Below are positions 51,301-64,000 of a stretch of DNA of 64,000 nt, piece by piece (positions within the stretch are counted from its first letter, which is position 1; each line of letters starts with the position of its first letter). The DNA lies in contig NC_092671.1 of the NCBI RefSeq assembly GCF_964355755.1, positions 10,602,001 to 10,666,000 of the forward strand. The letters run 5' to 3'. A program made the position numbers and the translations under genes. This DNA comes from Antedon mediterranea. Its lineage: Eukaryota > Animalia > Echinodermata. The notes below the pieces were generated by a model. That model had not been told where the DNA came from. It ran no database searches and worked only from the letters and a program-made list of their open reading frames with translations.

Positions 51301-54300
51301 TTCTTTTCTTTTTGTTGTTAAACACGATAGGGTTGAGGGAAGTTTCAGTTGACGGTCCGCTAGTATGGGTAAACGGTAGCCCACTGGAAGCGGTACGACA
51401 CAACTTTAAATTTGGTGAACCAGACGAGAATAAAGACGGAATGGAAAGTTGCATCAGTATTGGAAATGCAACACATGGCATGACAATGATATTGGAAGAT
51501 AGACGATGTTCTAACCTTAAAGGATATATATGTGAAGTTCGAAGTAAGTCAAACTATTATTCCAATATAGTTATTCATTTCATATTTCATTCATTTGCTT
51601 AAAAACAATTACAATAACAGTATACAATACATGAGAACAAAATTACAAGCAATACTTAGAAATGGGAGTTAAAGGTATAAATCTTCCATTAAAAGCAAAA
51701 AAAAACATGATAGTTAGGATTAACATTCAAATAAAAGTTAGACAATTATATTAACGTAAAGATTTCGATCAGAATAGCAAATAAAAACCATTCAAATTAG
51801 ACAGGTTTATTTCCGTTGGGGTCCTGATTTAAAAAAACAACTTTTCCATAACATTTCGGTGATTAACCAACTTCCTAAATACATTATTTTTAATAACACT
51901 TGATAGTGTTTTCCATTCTCTCATGGCAATAATTGTGTTTTAGGTGGAATGAAATTTGCACTGGTGATGACAGGTGTTGATAGATCATTATCGGTGTATA
52001 GGCCTAACTGAAACTATCTTCTCCGTGTCCGCCGCCCGTTCGGATAGCGTCCATCATCCTTCCCTGACCATAATATTTACGTTCCTTATTTATTTGTTTC
52101 AGGAGCCTGCCCTCCTGGGTACTCTCAGAAGTTTGACGGAAATTGCTACAGGTTTGTTTTAGATAATCCAAAAGACTGGTATAGCGCCCGCATGGATTGT
52201 AAACGGCATAACTTCGGAGATCTTCTAATATTTGACCAATCGTTAGAGATACGTTTTTACAACGCCGGAGAAACATTAGAATCACCACGCACGTGGCCTA
52301 ATATATTTATTGGTAAGTTTAGGAGGTTTGGGTCTCTAAATGATTAGCCTCACAACGTATTCAGGTTTATAATACTACTGTGTATATCAGACGTTGGTTA
52401 AAGAAATGAGACGATCAGTAAGTGCCATCTGTATAGGCCTATGACCTGAATATATCAAGACAATCTAACAACAAGACACTGAGCTCGCATTGCCAAGATA
52501 GGAACTTGCAACAGTCCTTTGTTTTTAAGTCAAGGTGCGACAAATACTAAGGTGCGACAAATACTAAGGTGTGTGGAACTCGCAGCCACAGATAAACCCT
52601 TCAATCTCCGGAGCTCAGTATCCTGTTGTTAGATTGCCTTGATTATATAGTGTGTATGTATTATTCCTTCTGGCAGGCTTGTTTCGTGGAAGTGATGGAT
52701 GGCGTTGGGGGAATGGTGACTTGTTCAGTGGACATTATGTTTCCAAGCATAGGCTAGCACAGGGCAATAACTTATGTGCAGTAGTTGATGCATCTAGAAT
52801 TATAAGATCTGTCAACTGTACAACTCCAATGCCGTACGCTTGTGAAATTCAGAGAAGTAAATTCAAATTTCTTATATAAAATAAAAGATAAGTTAAAATT
52901 TTATTTCAAATACAGTTCTCTGGTCACTTTAAAAACTTTCTGATAAAACGTTTAGTTACTTTTTTAAACATCAAAATTTTCTTGAAGCAAATTAAGATTC
53001 TAATTGCCAATCTCTTTACTTAGATTGATTCTAGACTAATAACTCAAAATTAATTACATTTCGTACACGCGTGTTAAAATACTGATGAAAATGTAGCCTT
53101 CGTCAGAGTTGACGCGCACGTTTAAATGATGACGAAAATGTAAGGCTTTTGTACGCATGCGTCAGGCTTTATGTATTTATGACGTCACTATTATACTTAA
53201 TTTCATTTTCTTTTTTGCCTTTACACTGATAGAAAAATTCCCATATTCATAATAATGGTGGATAATTTGGGCCTAATTTATAACATTTTCTATCTTTTTG
53301 ATGTAGATGTGCATTATTATTTCATTTTTAAATACTTTTAGACACAGAATGTTTTAAAGAAAATGACGCACAAGATTACAGTGGTAAATTAACGGTAACT
53401 GAGAAAGGTAGAAAATGTAACGCATGGAACGAAACACAGTACTCGCGACGACATAACTACTGTCGGTATACACCTGGTCGGGATAAACCATGGTGTTTTG
53501 TAAATCACGGTTCAGCAACCACGTGGGAATTTTGTTATGTAGGAGAACCACAGAAATACTGCAATAAAGGTAAAACACAATTTATATCATTATTATTATA
53601 AAATAAAAATCGCTTAAGTCACCCTTTTGCCGTTTTTCTCTCAGTCTCCATAGTAGACGTATACATTTATTAGGAAAGCGCTGACTCTACAGACATGCCT
53701 CTGAACCAGGCAAATGGACTAATAATGTCCACTTAACATCTATTCTTGTTGACCACAGCGAGTTATGGGAATTTCCCGTGTATAACTCTGTACTGTACGA
53801 TATATATTATTTCCGTACAACTCTGGCAGCGAATACCATGTGTATGATGCGGTAAAAAAGTCGGAAGTAAAAATGAACGTAATTTCCCGATAAAAACCGA
53901 ACTGTGTGAAACTGACATTTCAATTTGTAAGGAAGATTCCCACAAATATGTCAACGTCAGCGTCGACTTGGACGCAACGCAACGACGTCACAACAGTTCG
54001 GGTGATCCGTCGCGGCGTGATGATAGATACGTCATTGCGTTGGGAACAAAGCTTTAAAGATTGCCATTTTTAAATTCTATACAAATCTTACAAATCTAAT
54101 TGGCTAATGTTTAGCCTACTACAAACTTACCTAATGCGACTCACAGTAGGTTTAACACCGCTCCTTATATTCCACCCTTATATTACGAATTATAATATAC
54201 TTTTTTCTCACTGTTTTGTATTATTATTTAAAATATTTACAATTTCAGGCGGTGCAACTGTAGAATCATGTAGAGTTGGACAATGTCCCTCAGGATCAAT

Positions 54301-57180
54301 ATGTCACCCTGTATCACACGAGTGCATATGTCCTCATGGCTACGAAGGCCTACACTGCAATCGACTGTGCTCCAATAACCGATGGGGTTATAAGTGTTCC
54401 AGAATGTGTCCGTGTGGAAATGATGGAAACTGCGATCCAGTCACGGGGACTGCGCGTTGTAACGTTACGTGTATCGTAGACCAATCAAATACGTGCTCTC
54501 AGGCGTGTGGTATGATGTGTTTGGAGTATCTTGGCTGTCAGTGTGATGTTCTTGGAGAATGCATTTGTCCAGGTAAGCATGTTGGGGAAAGGGGAAAAAT
54601 ATTTAGTTAAATGAACGGGAAACATGCATATACATTTAAAAAAAAAAAAAATGTACAGAGTGGCGCATCTTTAACCGACACCAATTTAAATATTCGTTTG
54701 CTGGGACATTGGTCTTTACCAAGAAACAATTATAATCAGAAATCTTTGATTCATAAAGTGTGTTTAAAAATTGGGAATCAATGGTCGGTTTAAAATCCAG
54801 GCATTTTAATGACTCAGGAATTAATAGAAGTGAAAGGAAAGTTAATTTTGTTTGATTACAATGATTTTGCAAAACCATTATGATTCGCAAACAAAAACAA
54901 ATTCGTTCATTCAGGAAATAAAACCGCGCCCAGTGTGGGAGGTAAAATTGGAAAGTCCTGTTTTTGTCCTAATTGAGTAAGACCGGCCTATATCAATATA
55001 TCATGTTCCTGAACATTATCGGGGAAGTGTTCCATGATTAGGGGTGTCCCAAAGGAGGCGTTCTATTGTATTATAAAACTATATTGTCTGAAAATGCATG
55101 CCTATGTCCATCTTGCCCGACATGTATAATCATTTTCCGGAAATAAGAAAATTGTCCAATCCTGTTTTACAAACCTATTATTGTCCTATAGTACATCCAG
55201 ATCATCCGGTCAATTATCAATTTGATTAGGACCAGGTAATATGTAGATCTAATTAGACAGATTTCGATTCGTTTCGAAGTCGCCATTAGTGAAAGAGACA
55301 CGTGCGTAAATATTCAGTGTACGGCATCTTTCATTACTTTGTTGTCGTCTAGGTTGATAAACTATGGCTCCCGAATCAAAAGGTATAGGTGTAGTTAAAA
55401 TATCACAAACTATCGGTATTTATCAGGATCTGTTGTTCCAACAAACTCATCATTACAAAGTTGGTTTCTATTATAGCATACGTGATGGGTGTTGGTGCTT
55501 TGGTTCTCGTCTTGTTTGCTGGGTTGTTCGTTTGCTTTGTGCTGTGTTGTCTCCGAAAGAAAATATTAGGAGAATCGAAAAAAACTAACAGTTTTATCAG
55601 GTAGATATCTATTTGACGATGCTTGGCCTATAACAACATACTCATTCATGCAGTTTGAATAACTTAAGATTAAACAATCTTGAAGACAAGGCTTCATAGG
55701 TTCAATTCAGCACCATCATAATAATAATAATAGGCCTACCTCTTTTGATTACAGTTGTTTATTTATCGTTATCATTACCTATCCCATTCAAAATTGTAGA
55801 CATATTGTTTAACAGACTTCATTTAGCCCAGGCTAACAAGCACAATTTCTTTTTCAGACACTTAAGTTTGAAGAACTATCCGAAAGATGTGGAAAGCATT
55901 GACATGTGGATCTTTCCCACACCTTCAGAAGAAGACCCTGGCATAGACAGAGGTAAACTGAAAAATATGAATAACAGGCGTGACATGTATGCTTGTTTAA
56001 AGCTCTTCATATAATTTAAACCCAAGTCCCTGTTGATGTTATGGGTTAGTTATGTGTGCCTGCTAGCTACAATAGGGATTATCACATCAAGAATATTTCG
56101 AAATGTTATTATTGTTCAATTATTTCAGAATCGACCACAAGAGGCAGTAAGGAGTCTGAAGATTCTGGTGTTGAAACAAAAGATTTCCATGAAACAACGA
56201 GCCTGTGTACGCAAAATGTCGAGTCTAATATGACGCCGACAAACAAACCTATCCCAATGAAACGAAACTCTAACCGTTTGAATAGAATGTTATATGCTGC
56301 AAAACGGAATGCGATTTTTAAACAAAAAGATGTCCCGGCTTTAGGTGCTAATTTACAGGAAAGTGTAGAAATGCGTGGAAAATGTAATGAACCCCCAGGG
56401 GCGGAGTATAGCAGTCCGTATGAGCTCAGAAATAAAGAATTGTTACTAGGTGACAGTTCTGAATATTATGCTTTTGCTGATCCGGAAGTAATTAATAATG
56501 ACGTAAATGGTTACGTGAATGATTCTGTTACGAAAGTAAGAAGAAAAAAATGTGAAGATTACAGATTGGCAGAGGATCTTAGTGCAAATAAAAATATGTT
56601 GTTTTTATCAAGCATACCCAAAGAACTTATTTATCCTAATACTAATGAAACGAAGACTCAGGTTAACGCTCAATATTCTTTACGAGAATGGGTTCAGCAA
56701 AAAACGCCATTAAGGTCAAAGGCTAAATGCCAATCAGAACAAAGAGTAGGGCCTGATGTGAAACCCAAACCTAGGACAAAAAGGATGATAAAGAATTTTT
56801 CAAAATCAGACTCTGAACTAAGACGCATGGATAACCATACAGGAGGAGGAAGAAAAATTCGTTTTAACACAACATCAGGTCACGTGATGGAACATTCAGA
56901 AGACACGTCTGCTCCATTGTTAAGATCGTCCAGTGATAGCTCACATCGTAAGAATAGCAAGAATGACGTCAGAGATCCAACCATAACTCGTTCGTCAACT
57001 GATGGAGTTGTTCTTGGGAGTAAAACATCAAAACAAATTGTATCGTCTATTGTTGATGGAAACGCACGTTTTAAAAAACATAAAACTACGGAACCGTCAT
57101 CGGTATACGTAAACGAACGGATCGGAAGGCATCGACGATTGTCGCAACCAAAACCAATTGATGTATATGAAATAATTTAA
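45312..57180 (+). CDS. Single-pass receptor: signal peptide-EMI-like-2x C-type lectin-kringle-EGF-TM-long tyrosine-motif tail (~960 aa)
   Basis: Eleven exons in phase: 45312-45475 (signal peptide), 48007-48074 (RIEYKCCDGW..C), 49275-49499 + 51331-51543 (CTLD1: WIGL, GEPD, YICE), 52103-52312 + 52677-52856 (CTLD2: FIGL, YACE), 53342-53569 (kringle: DYSG, CNAW, NYCR, PWCF, WEFC), 54249-54572 (EGF: CICPHGYEGLHC, WGYKC..CDPVTG), 55477-55600 (TM AYVMGVGALVLVLFAGLFVCFVLCCLRKK), 55858-55952, 56129-57180; total 2883 nt; AATAAA near 57318. Confidence 0.85.
48625..48978 (-). mobile_element. 3' end of an L2-type LINE/SINE with three direct repeats
   Basis: Minus-strand end aggcgctatataaatactgttt(att)n; three copies of aaactatcccccgccggacaccat(c/t)ccggtatttct at ~48719, 48835, 48940. 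Confidence 0.55.
50615..51110. repeat. Three diverged ~160-190-bp tandem duplications in an intron
   Basis: aaata(t/c)gttttcacatttta...aaatacaaa(c/t)atttt repeated at ~50619, 50810, 50970. Confidence 0.7.
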
Positions 57181-60100
57181 GACAGTCAAACGAAAAAGTT
57201 TTTGAACGGTTTCCAACGTAAACGAACGTAAGAGTTGGGTAAGAGTAAGTCAGTTGGGCCTGCCTTGCATTCAAACTATTTAAACGTGTAAAATGTATAA
57301 AATGTATCTTGACTATAAATAAAATAAATTATTAATATTCAGAAATGTTGATCATTACTGACTTTGTATAGGCCTATTTCATTTAACTGTTAAGGATATT
57401 GAATATCCGATAGTAAATTAAGTAAAATTAGAAGTGGTATTTTGCAAATATGTTTACAGTGTGTGCTTGAAAGAAGGCAACCTTTTATTTCCACGACGCA
57501 AACCCATGCAGCTGTCGAGTCAAAATGTCATTCTGATCAACCTCAATACGTAGTCGTGTTGCGTAAATTTAAAATGGATTATATGCATACATTATTATTA
57601 TTATATATATGTATTCACATTTATTTTGAAGCAGTCCAAATATTAAAAAGAATTACGCGATGTTGTATTACGATAAATAAGCGTTATATACACGTTGCCA
57701 TTGAAATTTTAATTCTAGAGTATTTTATTTCAGTTAATATGACATTCAATAATTCATTTTTACCTACCTCTAATGATTTGAGAAATCAAATCAATCAATC
57801 AATCAATCAAAAAACAAATTAAAATTAAACTATTAAATTGTTTCAGCCTCGTCATTTGTATATTTTGGGGGTTTTTTTGTTCATTAATTAAAAAAGACAT
57901 ATCATAATAATACAAATAAGGTTTATAAGTTTACTGTACAACTGTGACCTATGACCCATAAAAGTGTCAATAAAAAGGACTTTACTTTCTATTGACTATG
58001 TTTAAACAGTTCGTATGCAAGCCTTTATTGTAACAATGTTTAACGACTAACCACTCCAATTTGCGAATACATAAACAAGAAACGGATATATTAAAGTTAC
58101 CACAATAGTTCCTGATATTTATCTTGTAGCCTATCAATATTGTCCTAAAGGCTTTTATTTTCCTAATACATCTTTTTTTACAGCAATACATGACCCCAAA
58201 GGAAGATTATTTTGAGTGTAGAAATGTATGTGGTCCTTAGATTGGCAGGAGTATTGGTATTAATTGTGATTAATATAACTAAAAGTTTCGCATATATCCG
58301 TTTGAACCAAGGTAGAGATTGAATTAGACAATATCGTATAATGCCATACAATTTGTCACATTTGTATTTTGGTCCATATTTCTTACTGTCGTCTGTATAG
58401 GCTGGCCTTATACAAGTTTTTTATCTTCTTGAGCATCTACTTCCTTTAAATTTATTCTACTTTTAGTCATATTAATTATTCCTTTATGATTTTAAAAATG
58501 TTTTACACTTTATTTGGTAGCACGTTATAAAATTTAATTTTAATATGTTTCCTTTGTAATGTCTTGTATGATGAAATAAAAAAAAATGTTATATAATTGA
58601 AGGAAGAAAATTTATGTTCTGTTGACATTTCTGTTGGAATTATTGGTCTGGTTTTTAGTCCTACGAGACAGGGGAATACCAACATTTATTACAAAATTAG
58701 CATTTGGTTACAATGAAAAAAATGCTGACAATTTTTAATGACTTGCAGAGAGTTCGTTTCGGTTGTATTGTATCAATTGTACAATCGAAAAGGTAGTGTA
58801 TTGGTAACTATGTGGGCAAACAACAGCAACATTTACATGAAATCGTGCCAGCACTAAGGTATACTACGTCACAAAAACCAAAGTAAATCCCGGTACAACA
58901 AATGAGATTTGAAATATATCATATAATATATCTATGAATAACTGCAATATTGATTGTTGAGAGAGCTGTTGAAACGTCTTATTCTTGTATGAGTGAAATG
59001 GGTATTTGCAAATGTATGTACTGTACTTGTTTGGAAGAAAATAAATATTGACGTGATCTGTAGCTGTGATCTCATACACTGATAACCACTTACCCTTTAA
59101 TATTTAACTTAATAAATTTAACCAAATGACAAAGTGTATGAAACTTTTAAATTGTATGATCTATCTGTGATAGTTTGCCTCATTTTTGTGTTACAATGAA
59201 TATTATGTAAACATACATATTTATTATGTTATGATGATTTACCGTGAATAAACCATTGAGGCTAAACTAGTGTTTGAATACTCCACTCTTTGAATTGTTT
59301 GCAGAAAATCATGTTAAGTGTATTATATTTCGTACTGTAAAATATTATCTATATTGTATGTCTATCTTATTATCTGTATTTTGCATCTGCAAATGTCGAT
59401 AAACAAGACCGCTATTTGTATTCATTTCAGTAAGCATAAATAATACTAAGAGACAATTAATTGTTTTCAATACTTTTATTGCGCCATCAACGTACAGATT
59501 CTCTTATATAAACGTTGAGTGCAACGTAACATCCGAGGCAGACGACACAGGAATGTGATTGTTGGTGTATCTAATGGTATTCCACAACGTATGGTGTATC
59601 AGGCATATTAACTACTAGGATTTGTTTACTGTAAGTACAACATGAATGTTATCTAATCACCTAATCTACAAACTGCATAACATGAATTGATAGCTTTTAA
59701 ATCTTCCTAAGTTAAGTTTAGTTCGATAATTTTTAAGATATGGTTCAGTAGATAACTTAAGTTGTTGTATAGGGATATGATTCCGTCAGACATTTTCAAT
59801 TTCAAAAGCGTTTATTGTTGGGTAGCTGGTTTTTACGCTAAACGTACATTTATGACACAGCAATTCTTTTAGTGTGGCATATAATAAGTGTATGGGGGTT
59901 TGTAGTTTTTTGTGTGTGAATAATAACAGTTTAACGTCAGTAGGTAGGCTATACCTTTAAAAATCCTTTAGTTTCGATTTATGACGTAGGCCGATGTTTC
60001 AGTGTTTTGATTTTCTCATTAGGAATCAAGATGCGCAGTATACACTTTCAACAAACAATATCTTGACACTATTTTTATATTTAATGAACGTAAAAGGCTA

Positions 60101-60409
60101 TTATACTTACTTTGTACTTTATTGAAAATATTGGTAGTTCAGAAGCAATGTCTAATTATGGACAATTAAACTTATTTGAATTTAAAAAACTACTTGAATA
60201 CTTCAGATTTAAGACAGATACTTTGATCTTTTTATTCCGTTATGGATAGGAAATCACGTCGAGTAACGGGGCTCGCAACACGCTAAGCAAAACTTAACTC
60301 TGAGTTTGCAAACAAAACAATTAAAAGAAAGTTTGCTAGTATGAGACCAGGCCTGGTAGCTTTAAACTCACTAACCCAATTTCGGTTTCTTTGCAGATAA
60401 CAACTTCAA

Positions 60410-64000
<3,591 letters not shown>

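Noticed and set aside
55364-55588. 74-aa ORF from the track as the receptor exon
   Set aside because: Wrong frame; the TM exon uses the acceptor at 55476 in another frame that fits the phases of both neighbouring exons.

Overview
AT-rich, intron-containing eukaryotic DNA from an invertebrate animal. An echinoderm or other invertebrate deuterostome is plausible from the MyD88/RLBP1/SV2-like proteins and repeat content, but this cannot be proven from the sequence. By manual splicing (GT-AG sites, phases checked) I find six protein-coding genes: a 5'-partial ITPRID/SSFA2(KRAP)-like gene (+, 2.8-11.0 kb); a CHST11-like carbohydrate sulfotransferase (+); a CRAL-TRIO RLBP1/clavesin-like gene (-); an SV2-like MFS transporter (+); a ~960-aa single-pass receptor with the architecture signal peptide-EMI-like-CTLD-CTLD-kringle-EGF-TM-tyrosine-motif tail (+); and directly downstream a 3'-partial MyD88 (+) with about 210 aa N-terminal of its death domain. 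Introns and intergenic DNA carry two LINE fragments, a BEL/Pao fragment with its 3' LTR, several MITE families, a foldback element, a Helentron-type element, SINEs and several satellites. The most interesting signals are (i) the Draper/MEGF10-like receptor with lectin and kringle domains next to the extended MyD88, and (ii) a strong, region-dependent excess of TACAGTA/TACTGTA (plus TACCGTA/TACGGTA and TAGGCCTA) words that look like transposon excision footprints. No CRISPR array, rRNA or tRNA gene was found.
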